Below, piece by piece: positions 53,221-64,000 of a stretch of DNA of 64,000 bases (the first letter of the stretch is position 1; each line of letters begins with the position of its first letter). The position numbers and the translations under genes are program-made. Below the pieces are notes generated by a model. The model was not told the DNA's origin. It did no database searches and saw only the letters and a list, made by a program, of their open reading frames with translations. Origin of the DNA: Laetmonice hystrix (Eukaryota); the NCBI GenBank assembly GCA_965235115.1, contig OZ249436.1, forward strand, positions 26,724,001 through 26,788,000, given 5' to 3'.

Positions 53221-56200
53221 CTGGAAGTCGGACAAAAATAGAACAACGCTCTACGTCACGTCATGTCACGTGGTGTCACAACTGTGTACAGTACACCGGT
53301 GTAGGGACTGCTGGGTTGTTTTATTGGTCTGTATAACGTCAATAATAATTCGAGGGAGGGCATGGAAAGTGGGGGCAACCAAAAGAATAGCCAGGACAAA
53401 AACGTGGAGGCGTCTGTAATAGGTTCAACGCTTTGAACGATTTAATCTGGGAGGAGGCAAACAGGGGGTGAACCAGATTTCGGGAGGCATTTTTGCCCGA
53501 CTTATCCCCTAGCCCGAGGTGTGCCGATCAGACTTGTGATGTTCAGTATTCTCGTTAGGCATCGCACTGTGGACTCTTTAGTCTGCAGGCCGACTGCTGT
53601 AATACAGTAACTAGTGACTAGTGATCCAGGGGGCACAGCGGGCACATGCCCACCCTTTTAGCCCCCCTAATTCCTAATTATATAGTCATTTTTAAATAAT
53701 CTTGTCATAATTAGATTAGACACATCACATCATGAGTGAAGGGTGAGGGTGTGGACAGCGATGCCAACTGATGCCCATGCCATGATGAAGCAAATGGTTG
53801 TAACTTATGACACAGAAGTCCTACAGACAAAAGAGCTTTAGTTATGCAAACAATCATTAATTGTTTTCCTGTGCGCCCCCCCCCCCTTTAATGAAATACT
53901 GGATCCGCCAGTGCGTAGGGCCTACAACTGCGGTCCTGTCAATTCGAGATACAACAGATCAATATGGTCTGTCTCGCCTATTGGTACTTTGGGATTCCTT
54001 CTGTCTGCTGCATGGGTACAGCATCCTAGATAGCTTTTATTGTCTGACATACCAAACCAGGCACACAGTCTACAAATAGGCTCCTTGCGGATCACATTTA
54101 ATTATTACATTACTAACCATTTACCTGACTTCCTTCTTTACTTACCGGTTGCCATTGTTAAAAGTCCATATTGAAGTGCGATACGCATGATATCGGGAAA
54201 GTCTTTACCCACAAGTTGATTCTGTACTGTCCACAGCCCTCGCCACACTTTATAAAAGCACAAAATTATGCCAAAGTCATCAGGATCTTCAGCGCGCTAC
54301 CTGGCGAGACGGGAAGGCACTACAACTGCTGCCACGCCATCTGGTGTCAGAAGGCAATGAGCGATGAGCGATCCATGATCTCACCGATTTGTCTCATACT
54401 GGACGCACTTATTTTTATAACATCGAAATATAATAAAATGTATAAAGAGGGGATGGTGAATGTGGTACCCTAGTGGATTTATGAAAGTCTTATATTGCTG
54501 ATTATCACGCTACGTGATGAGCATAGATCTACGTTTCATATGCATAATAGGGATCGGGGGAGCGTGCGTGCCCCCCCCTTATTTCTGCAGACTGACCTTT
54601 CAAAGACAGCCCTTAAAACATCTTTTTCCCCAGCTAACTATAAGACCTTGGATTTTGTTCCCAGCAAAACGCGTAATTTGGCACTTTAATTTTCAAACAT
54701 TTCTGGGGGATGGCCCCCAAAGCCTCGCTCAAGGCTTCGTACTGGCTGCGCCCCCCCCCCCTTCCAAAATTCCTGCTTTCGCCTCTTGGGATGTTTCTCG
54801 GGCTTATTGATGAACTTTAAAGGTTTGAATTGGTTTCACTATTGACCTTTTTGGGAAGGCCAGAAGGACCTCCCCAAACTCCTTGTTAAATTTCCTGAGT
54901 CATCGTCTGGTGGGACTGCTAGTTACTCCAAAAATATCTGGGAGTGTGCAGGGGCGGATCCAAGATTTTGGAAGGGGGGGCCGGTTTACCGCGTAGCAGT
55001 CGTCCGAGGGCGAAGCCCGAGCCCTGCTAGGGGGTCCGCGGGGGCATGCCCCCGGACAATTTTGAACATCTAGAGCCTCTGAAATGGTATTTCCTGCATT
55101 TTGAGAAAGCAAAATGTTTGATTTTACAGTTGCGAACAACAAAATGTTGCTTTTTTTCTGATTGGTACCCTGACGAAGGGGGGGGGGGGCCCGGCCCGGC
55201 CCGGCCCTGGTGTGTGGATTAATTCGGAGTCACTCTCTGAAGGTCTCCCATGATAGGACAGTCTGATCGCAGAAAGGACTACACCAATCGTAATAAGTTT
55301 CTCCCTGGAGATCTCTTATTAAACTGTCCTTATCTCATGAAAGGGCGGTCTAATGACAAAAAGGACTCCACCAGTCGTCTTCCCATGCTACCCCCATATA
55401 AAGAGACCTGTGCGATATGACTAGGTTTGTCGATACCATCATAATGCCTTTGACTTTGACGTAACCAGAAGTCGGTCATAGTCACTTCCGGTCGTTTTCA
55501 AAGTGTCACAAAAGTACTCAGCATAATTGAAACCCCTAAAACCCGAAGATCGTGAAAAAGACCGCCAAATCACCCCGATAAAAAAAATCAAGTTTAGCCG
55601 AAAGCTCCTACGGGACTATAATGGTAAACGCCGTTAAAAATTGAGCTTACACTTTCACATGCAGAGCTCTGCTTCGACCTAGTGCTATAGTGTTACAAAG
55701 GTGTACACGGTAATTCGACAGAATCCATTCTGTCTACATTCTTTCCGTCCTTCGGCTAAAACAACTTTTGTCTTCAAATACATGTACAGGTGTCTAATTG
55801 TGCAGTGTCTAATTGTCCAATGTTTTAATGTCCGATGTCTAGCTGCCCGTTATATCGGGTGGATAAAAAAAACGCCCCAAAATTTAAACCTTAATATTTC
55901 AAAAACTATGCATTATAATTTAATAAAATTTCTCTTAATATCACTTCATGATATTATCTCTGACATGTTAAGGTTAAGCTCAATAGCTTTGATATTGTTC
56001 CCGTGGCGCTAAAAAGAAAGATCAGTGTCTAAAAATGCAATGCCGGAATTAGGTCAAATATCATGCAGCTGCCAGGTGTTCAATTTGACACCTGTTTGAT
56101 GCACCGCATTGTACCTTGGGTAAAAAAATCAATATTTAGTTTTTGCATGTTTTACAATATGTATCATCTTGTGGACCACTACATATAATAAAATATGTGT

Positions 56201-56626
56201 TATTCCTAGTACTTTTAGAGAAAAACAGATGTTTAATGTGCCAAAACCTACAGAGAAACTGCAACATTAGGACGATATGACTGTAACGAGAAGTTCAAGG
56301 GAAATCGTATCATTATCACGTTTAGCAACACGTTCAGAACGTTGCAGATTTCCCAATGTTGGGAAGATATTTTCCTATCAGAGATCAGGAAGTGCATTGG
56401 CTCATGAAAAAAGAGACTGAGAGCAGTATGGAATGAAAACGGGGGACCGATTGACCACCTACTCTAGTGTGAGGCCAAGGACTCTGGGTGCGAAAAACTG
56501 AAGATACAGGAGAGGGGGCCGACAGGTAAGATTGCGTTATTTGTGGGAAATCCCGCTTTTAAGCACGCTCATGAAAACACTTCATAAAAAAAAGAAACTC
56601 ATTATTCACTTTGTAAAACCTTCATT

Positions 56627-56632
56627 TTTATT
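56627..56632 (-). terminator. Probable polyadenylation signal (AATAAA) of the caveolin gene
   Basis: TTTATT on plus strand ~315 nt downstream of the caveolin stop. Confidence 0.45.
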
Positions 56633-56945
56633 TCACAATACTAATTAATGCTACTTGTAGGATGCACTTAATAATGTTACTTGTCGGATGCAGGTTTAGA
56701 ACACATATCAAACATAAAAATTAATCTCATTATAGTGAGATTCTCATTTCCGTATCAACTATGGCACCAAACCAATACACGTGTCCCCAACGTGCCCAAT
56801 CCTGCATGGTTCTTCCCTATTATCACGTTTTTTTTTGAGTCGTTGTAAGTCTTAGCCAATCATGGCAGTGTCAATGGTACCCCCATTGATAGTCTACTGT
56901 CGAGCTTAGCCTACTTTTGAGCCTACATTGATATAGGTTAAATTG

Positions 56946-57269
56946 TTATTTCTTAAATGCAGAGAAACATTTGCCAAACGACTCGGCCAAAGGATCGCAA
57001 CAGTTCTGAATAATGATGGCGTAGATCTTTCCGATCAACTTGACGTTGATTTCGTATGCCCGGATGCAGGGTGTGATGATCCAGATGTGTTGGAAGGCCA
57101 CGCAGGCGAAGTAACATCCCCAGCCAATCATGATACAGCATGAACAGAAGGTCGTGGCCAGGGTGTAGCAGAGGGCCTTCCACACGTTGAAACATTTAAA
57201 GGAACACTTCCAGCAGCAGTCCATACTCTTGGTGTGGTCCGGCTCGCCAATCAAGTCTTCCCAGGCGAC
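56946..57269 (-). CDS. CAV: Caveolin, coding exon 2 (107 aa + stop)
   Basis: Acceptor TTCTATAG|; VAWEDLIGEP (caveolin signature FEDVIAEP), scaffolding region SMDCCWKCSFKCF, membrane hairpin to FQHIWIITPC, C-terminal CCDPLAESFGKCFS. Confidence 0.93.
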   Translation of the reverse strand, partial: VAWEDLIGEPDHTKSMDCCWKCSFKCFNVWKALCYTLATTFCSCCIMIGWGCYFACVAFQHIWIITPCIRAYEINVKLIGKIYAIIIQNCCDPLAESFGKCFSAFKK

Positions 57270-57668
57270 CTATAGAACCGAAATTGTATAAGAAAAGATA
57301 TAAGCATATTCATGATATATTCAAATGGCGTCAAATAGGTGCTGCTAATGCCAGCGCGTCTATACTATCTACTATGAGCTGGGCCCGTTTAGGTTCGTTT
57401 GACTTTTTTAATACTTTCTGTCGACCTTGTAAGAGTACACTTTTAAAGTTTACAAGTCATTCTCAGCCGAAAATTATATTTTGATGAACTTACCTCAAGA
57501 TTTGAGGCTAGCTTCCTTCTAGGGTTATTCCCGCCCACATCTTGAGGCCGTGTGCAGTGTCAGAAAAGATCGCACATTCTCAAACCTCCAAGTCCCCAAT
57601 TTGTCTGCTCTAAGCTTATAAACTATACTCCCTTAATCTTCAGTTTGGGGCTATATACATGAACTCAC

Positions 57669-57746
57669 CTGTAAGTGGTCATTAATGTTGTTTGGGTCTC
57701 TGTTCTCAAAGTCGGGTTCCATGGCCCAAGCGTCGCCGATTCCCAT
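57669..57746 (-). CDS. CAV: Caveolin, coding exon 1 (26 aa)
   Basis: ACCATGG Kozak; MGIGDAWAMEPDFENRDPNNINDHLQ (conserved NRDP..IN.HL); phase-0 donor CAG|GTGAGT joins exon 2 in frame. Confidence 0.9.
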
Positions 57747-57845
57747 GGTTAAAGTTGTAAAGTGTCCCTCGGTAGAAGTAAGAAGTAGCTGTTGTTCCTC
57801 GGGTAAGACCGAAACTCGATGTGGTCCTTTCTTTACGGATGCGGT

Positions 57846-57853
57846 TTTTTATA
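57846..57853 (-). promoter_or_regulatory. TATA box of the caveolin gene
   Basis: TATAAAAA on the minus strand ~100 nt upstream of the ATG. Confidence 0.55.
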
Positions 57854-58112
57854 TGTTCACGTCGCCATGCAACTGGACGCATGTATACATACGTCGCTAA
57901 GTCCGGACAAAGTTTTCTGCATCTCCTTAATAGTTGTGAACAACTCAGCCACAATCCGATTATAGCCAGGCTAGTACTACAGGAAATGTGTCAACTACAT
58001 TGGATTAACGGGTTATTCGCCACTCGGTCAACCCATGCAAATTCGAGTTGGGCAAATTACGCCTTTTTATTCTCGTAATGTAATCGTACGTAAAGGCTGG
58101 GTCGCGTCCTAA

Positions 58113-59143
58113 TAAGCCCCTCTCACACTGAACTACAAGGGGAATACGAGTTCGCTGAGTTGGGATCTCGTGAAACTCATACACAACTCTTGTTTACTCG
58201 TACTACACTCGTAGTACACTCGGCAAAGTCTGCCGAGGCTGGGACAGATCCGGGAGGCGTTTTGAACATACTATATGCTCGGCATACTCGGGGTCACTCG
58301 TGCTATACTCGTAATAGACTCGTACCTAGCTCGTACGTCACTCCGCTAGGTCTTAGTTCACTCGTACAACCAATTTGTACCACCAAGAATGTGGTACAAG
58401 TGCAGTAGGAGTTACCCAGAGTGAGATAGGAGTTACATGAGCTTAACAGGAGTCCAGTACGAGGTATCCGAGTTTGTTACGAGCTTAACAGAAAAAAATA
58501 GGAATGGGAGACGAGTTTCCTGATCATGCTAGGTTCCCACTGTCGTGCGATTTGTTACGAACGCCACGATTGGCCATTCGTAGCTGATCGTGGAATTTTG
58601 AAATTACTTCTCTAAAATGTAACGTTTGAATACGAGGTGATCTCCCCGATTGAGTCCACGATTGGGTCCCGATCTGACACGATCATCACGATCGGGGTCC
58701 CTGATTTGAGACGATCTCGTAGGTGCAGATACGTTCGGATACGTTCGGATACGATCATCACGATCCAATATGATCTGATGCCATGCAATTAATCGTGTTG
58801 ATCGTAGAAAATTGTTGAACCGTCCAAAACTTTTCTATGATCAACACGATTGCCACGACTGACCTCAAGATCTGATAAGATCTGATAGGATCACCACGAT
58901 TACTCCACGATTAAGACCACGATTTCAATCGTAGCGCGAATCGTGATAGTGGGAACCTAGCATAAGGTCCTACAGCATTTTCCCGCTGAAAAGTGAGATA
59001 TGCAAATTGCCTGTGAAAACTCACTCCAAGACGCTCGTACACACTGTCTCATTGAACAACTCGTAGCAAGTCTCACGAGCTGGCCAACTCTGCAAGCTCG
59101 GCAAATCACTGCCATACTCGTAGTTCAGCGTGAGGGGGGCTTA
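58113..59143. mobile_element. Harbinger-type MITE containing a nested MITE (58526-58963)
   Basis: Outer TIR TAAGCCCCTCTCACACTGAACTAC / GTAGTTCAGCGTGAGGGGGGCTTA; inner TIR ATGCTAGGTTCCCACT / AGTGGGAACCTAGCAT. Confidence 0.8.
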
Positions 59144-60461
59144 GGGCAAGGGACACGAGGGGCAGGAGGGGCACGAGGGGCAAGCATCTGGCTTCAGAAC
59201 CAAAAAAAATCAAACTATGCCACGCCAAAAGTAGGACCATATCTTTGGCAGAAAGGCCCCTCTCGTCTTGCCCTGTAGGTCTCCGCACATAGGCTAGTAG
59301 GTCATTTGGGCCACTAGTCCCAACATATTATGAGAAGTGCATTTTGCATCAAAGATTATCTTTTCAAATTCACGCACTGCATGGGCTGGCATGTGATCCA
59401 GGTAAAGCTCTGGAAGCTGCAAATTTATTTTTGGATTTCGCACTGTTTCAATAAGTCCGGAGATACCGGACGCTTGCCGTGCGAAGTTTAGAGCAAATGT
59501 CACCATGCAAGGACATATTTTCTGGTAAGATATGGGCTGATGTGGCTAAGGTCAAGTCTCGGGTAAAATAAGGGTAAACTGCAGATTGTTTACCCTAGGG
59601 TACTTCTAACCCCAGTTATACCAAAGATTTGACTTCTCAACGAGGGTAAAGTCCACCCAAGTATACTCAGATTTAACTCGCGACCTTTTTGCACAGTGCA
59701 TAATGCTGGTCCCCCACCGTGCAGTTTGGTGCCCTTGTAAGTATCCAGGGTCGTGCTATCTATGAATATATTGGGATAAATACGGGACTTTATTCAGGTT
59801 TCCGTGCATAAATACAAAAGTTTTAGTGACGTTTATTGCGTTTTCTTTGTACATACTTATAGAAGGAACAGAAGAAAGGACTGATTATAAGGCAGGGATG
59901 CATGGGTACCAAAATACATGTGCAATATGCCCCCCACCAACCATGTTTCCATGCAAGGGATGGGAACCAAATGGATGTGCAATGTGCCCCCTAACTATGT
60001 GTCCATCCAGGAGATGGGGAACAAAATGCATATGTGGCCCACCTAACCACAAGGCTATATTTTTTTATCTCTGCGAACATGATTTAGGCCTAGGTAGTTT
60101 CAATTAGCCGAAAAAAGATTTACAAATTAATTATAGGCCTACCATGAAGAATAATAGAATGGGGTACCAAATGGCATGGAGGGGACCTGATTGCATATGC
60201 AATATTGCCCGGGAGATCTGTATGACATTATACAATTTGCAATATGCATTCCGTAATTCCGAATGCGTCTTAGTCAACAGGTATTGCTGATTTTTTCTTA
60301 CGCGTGGCGCCTCTTGCTAGATTTCCGGTAAATTGCCCGGTCAACTGCGAGCAAACCGGAAACTGAAACCTTGTAAACGGGCCGCTTATGTTCTCAAAGC
60401 TCGCGAACAACTCGGAGATAAGAACTTGTCAAGACCCTCTGCTCGGGCCGCTGAGGGTCAG

Positions 60462-60616
60462 GGGCCCGTCTCACTAAGGGCTGGTTAATAACCAGATCGT
60501 TAAGTTAACATAGGAGTGAATAGAAGGCTGCTGGTTACAGTAACCAGCAGCCTTCCATTCACTCCTATGTTAACTTAACGATCTGGTTATTAACCAGAGT
60601 TTAGTGAGACGGGCCC
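60462..60616. mobile_element. Near-perfect 155-bp palindromic MITE with CWG flanks
   Basis: GGGCCCGTCTCACTAA...GGCTGCTGGTTAC-A-GTAACCAGCAGCC...TTAGTGAGACGGGCCC; flanks CAG / CTG. Confidence 0.85.
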
Positions 60617-61184
60617 CTGGATGATCAAGACTGCAAAGTCGCGTGTTTTCATCTTCTAACCGACACACGCATGGGCATACATTATGTTATCAATGTTACA
60701 CAATTTAATACGTTCCACTCTGAGTCTGATCCCGATGGTGACCGCCGACACACGGTATCCTATCTGGTCAAAGGTATTACTTATACCCATGAGTGACTGT
60801 TGTGCTCAGGGAAATACTAACTCCCAATATGTTCCCAGACACGGTAGACTGTGGGGTTTAGCCTCGATCTATGAGATCTATATGAGGCGATGGATGCGAT
60901 ATCGATCGCCCTAATCTGTTTAGAAAGGTGTTTGGCAACGAGCTACGCTTAGTAAACTTTTATGAATTCGGTCCCCGATCGATAAATCCGCGGCTAGAGA
61001 CGTGATGTTTTTCATGACCTATGTGCGCATGTCGGCGCTCTGCCTGGTCGCAAGGCATGCGCGGAAACTTCATGGCACCTCGTATAGAGTATGACCATTT
61101 AGCGGCTCCGAGGGGGTCGTCATTCCGTGCAACCCAGCCGATGTGTACCACCCGGGAACCACAACAGGGGCGCTGAGCAAAAGA

Positions 61185-61340
61185 ATGGCTGATACTGAGC
61201 CACAAGAGGAGGCGAAACCCAAGAAGGCCATGAAGAAAGTGAAAAAGAAACAAACGACTAAAACAAAATCCGGGGAAGAACATGCGAAGAAAAAAACTGT
61301 GAAGAAAAAGGCGACGTCTTCAAAGAATGGGAAACATTGA
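61185..61340 (+). CDS. Candidate short Lys-rich ORF / first exon (51 aa)
   Basis: AGAATGG start, MADTEPQEEAKPKKAMKKVKKKQTTKTKSGEEHAKKKTVKKKATSSKNGKH; CpG/GCGCATG-rich upstream region; strong donor GGA|GTGAGT 3 nt after the TGA. Confidence 0.4.
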   Translation: MADTEPQEEAKPKKAMKKVKKKQTTKTKSGEEHAKKKTVKKKATSSKNGKH

Positions 61341-62210
61341 GGAGTGAGTACAAACTAATAACAAATTCGTAAGGGCATACAAAGAAACGTTAGAAATGAT
61401 TACGACCAATAAGTCAATGAAGAAAATACGGACCCTTTGGACCCATTGTTTGCTTGAAAAGTAACTGTTGTAACTTCATTTTTGGGTTTCGTTATAATTA
61501 AAAGCTAAGGGCAAATCTCCGCTCGCTTTATGTATCCAGGAAGTGCATCGGTCTGAGAGCGAGCATCCAGTGGAATCTATATCCGTAGTATCCATGTGGG
61601 GGTGCTGTCAACTCCGACTGAAAAACAGACCGTTCAGCAACTGCAGCTCGGTTACATATCCGTCTCAATGTCATCATTTCAACATGACAAGTTTTCAAGA
61701 CCGTTTTCTCCATTTAGAGACGCAGCTTAGATCAAGAACGGACAATCAATGATGCAGACCGTCTTTCGATTCGCTTAGAATAGTAGCTTTTGGCGGCACC
61801 CCAACTGAACGTGTAGATTAACATGGTCGTTACTTCGCCTTTGATATCACGGTAGAAAGCATGCAGTATTTATTAGGTTAATCGATAGGTGATCAGCTAA
61901 TCACCGACAGTCTCTTCGCTTTATGCCCCGTATAGTAAGGGGCATTTAGTGGGAACGAATCTTACTCTCATGAATGATCAGCGGCTGTTGGGGTAGGGTG
62001 GGATTGCACCACATCCAGCGTTGGCAACCACCTTTTTTTCCCCGTGCAACCTTCCAAATTGACCCCACTCAACCCCCGTGTCAGCCAGATATCCGCCCCC
62101 CCCCCCCCCCCCCGTTTCTTAAATCCTGGATACGTACCTGGTGATGGCAGCAAATGGGGCTGAAGACATTTTTGTGGGATTTGGAGGGGGGTTACGCCTT
62201 TGCTACAGAC

Positions 62211-62280
62211 ATGGTCATATCAAGGCGGTCAGTTTTACGTGTGGATGAAACCGGAGTACCCGGGGGAAACCCACAGACCT
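62211..62280 (-). mobile_element. SINE core fragment (V-domain-like)
   Basis: Minus strand reads GTGGGTTTCCCCCGGGTACTCCGGTTTC, resembling the V-SINE core. Confidence 0.5.
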
Positions 62281-63527
62281 TACAGCATGTCTGAATTGAT
62301 TAGATATAAACCTTTTAGGTCTCATAGTAAATAAGATCTAGTTCTAACTTGAAAGTCAGTTGGTATTGGAAAGAGTAGTGATCAGAATGCCTATCAAAGG
62401 GCTGACACCTCCCCCTCCCCCCAGTTCAAGCAGGGGGTGGTGGACTGCTGCCTTCCCGACCTGCACCCTGTTCTAACGCGTATGAATGATGTAACTACAT
62501 TTTTGTTATTACAGTTGTGCGGATTCCCCCACGGGGATACAGGCATGCGTCCTCGCCGCCCTCAAGACAGGAAGCGATTGCTGCGCACGCGCACAGCAGA
62601 GAAGGAAAGGGACCGCCTGCTCGGCCTCGCTGTCATTCGGCAACCACTGCTGATGAACTGATAACCTAACGTTAGCAACAGTCACGTAGTTTGGTTTCTC
62701 AGACAGAAAATGTACGTCATCGTTCAAAGACTGTTGAGATTAATCTAGATTTGGTCACGATGTGTAGGATCGGCCTATGTGTCGGGAGTTGTGTAGGATA
62801 CCCACCTTGGACAGTAGCAGGAACCATGTCTTCGTACACTCACACAGTCGCACCTTCAACAATGTTTTAGTTATATACGTTTCAAGCACTGCAGTTATGT
62901 AAGAGTTGATCAAATAAAAAGTAACAGGCTTCAAGAAACCCCTGAGATGGGTTCTCTGATAAAAAGGGAACACATAATATATAGACTTCTTGGTATGACC
63001 ATTTTGACCCCTCGCCCACTTCTGCCACGTTGGGCCTTTGACCCTCATATAGAAACTATTAGGCTGATTCAAAGCGTGCAGTGTAGGAGAGCCGTGTGCA
63101 AGCCTCTCTACTTTTGTCTCTAAAATATTGTTTAAAGAAAAGACAAGTTACATCCAGCGCAGAAATCGAGGAAATAACTTTAAGTGTGACGAAATACATT
63201 TTTCCATCAAATACAATGTATTAGAACATCTCAAACGACTTCGCTCCGATCATGGTACAAATCGTGCAGAACTAACATAAGAATAGTAAAGGAAATATAA
63301 ATAATTTATGTATTGTGTATTATACATTATGTATTGAATAAAACCTGAACATTGCAATTTGGTGGACGACGTATAGACCGAGAGATAGTTAAATATCTCT
63401 TGTAAGGAATCCTGGAAGAAATAAATGTTTTGATCACTTTATTGCTTACTGTATAACATTTAGTTAACATTACTAACGGAGTTGTGGGGGTGTTTTCTGA
63501 TTACTTCCCAAGTTTTGCTTCAGTTTT

Positions 63528-63827
63528 GGGGTCCGGGCTGGCGCAGTGGTTAGAACGCGGGATCTTCATCCAAAGGTTTTGATTTCGAGCCTCGCCAGAC
63601 TTTCGTGCAGAGCAGCAGAGGCTGGCCGTGTCACGATACGTCTATTTGGAGGGGCACGTTAAAGACCCCTGGTATCTATCGAAAAGAGTAGTGGTTCGCC
63701 CCGGTGCGAGGGTTTCTTCCTATCATCTCATCATTATCACCCAACAGATTTCATCGACTGAGTTAGTTACCTTGTTCTCGTTCTGATATCTGACTGGGCG
63801 TTAAACACCAACTACTCACTCAACCAC
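63528..63827 (+). mobile_element. Full-length tRNA-derived SINE (Meta-domain-like core)
   Basis: A box TGGCGCAGTGG, B-box-like ATTTCGAGCC, core GGCACGTTAAAGACCC..GAAAAGAGTAG, tail GGCGTTAAACACCAACTACTCACTCA; 12-bp TSD TGCTTCAGTTTT (63516-63527, 63828-63839). Confidence 0.88.
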
Positions 63828-64000
63828 TGCTTCAGTTTTCGCACCAAGAAAATTGTCCGGTTCACGAAACTGGACGGCAGTAGGGCTTGTGAATGACAGT
63901 ACGGTGGCCGAATAATTTTACAATTCCGCCCGCAGTGGCTGCGTCAGCACGAAATGACCCACGCAGCGGCCGGGTAAGCGCGGCAGGTTGAATTTCACCC

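Noticed and set aside
18844..57746. FKRP-like plus caveolin as a functional muscle-membrane gene cluster
   Set aside because: They are 36 kb apart with no shared regulatory evidence; the link through human dystrophy genes is probably coincidental without synteny data
63528..63600. tRNA gene
   Set aside because: Has A/B boxes but no proper cloverleaf; continues into a SINE body with tail and TSD

Overview
Intron-containing, repeat-rich animal (invertebrate-type) genomic DNA, not prokaryotic: no operons, CRISPR arrays, rRNA or genuine tRNA genes. Well-supported genes: a single-coding-exon fukutin-related/LicD protein (746 aa, minus, 18844-21084) with probable upstream non-coding exons and a CRE-containing promoter near 23.7 kb, and a two-exon, 133-aa, Cys-rich caveolin (minus, 56946-57746). 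Less complete: one exon of a Fuseless-family membrane protein (minus, ~53042-53220, possible GC donor), a small single-FN3-domain ORF with an MGCxxS lipidation-type N-terminus (plus, 51534/51624-51968), and a Lys-rich short exon ending TGA-GGA|GT (61185-61343). The rest is mostly transposon debris: a LINE 3' end, a CACTG element, a deleted PIF/Harbinger transposon, an AcademH-like RecQ remnant, many Harbinger/hAT/Kolobok-type MITEs (often nested or near-perfect palindromes), a tRNA-derived SINE with TSD, and 48-, 30- and 24-bp minisatellites. About 26.5-48 kb has no convincing CDS and looks regulatory or intronic. All family assignments come from motif recognition by eye; no searches were run, and I found no clearly novel multi-gene system.
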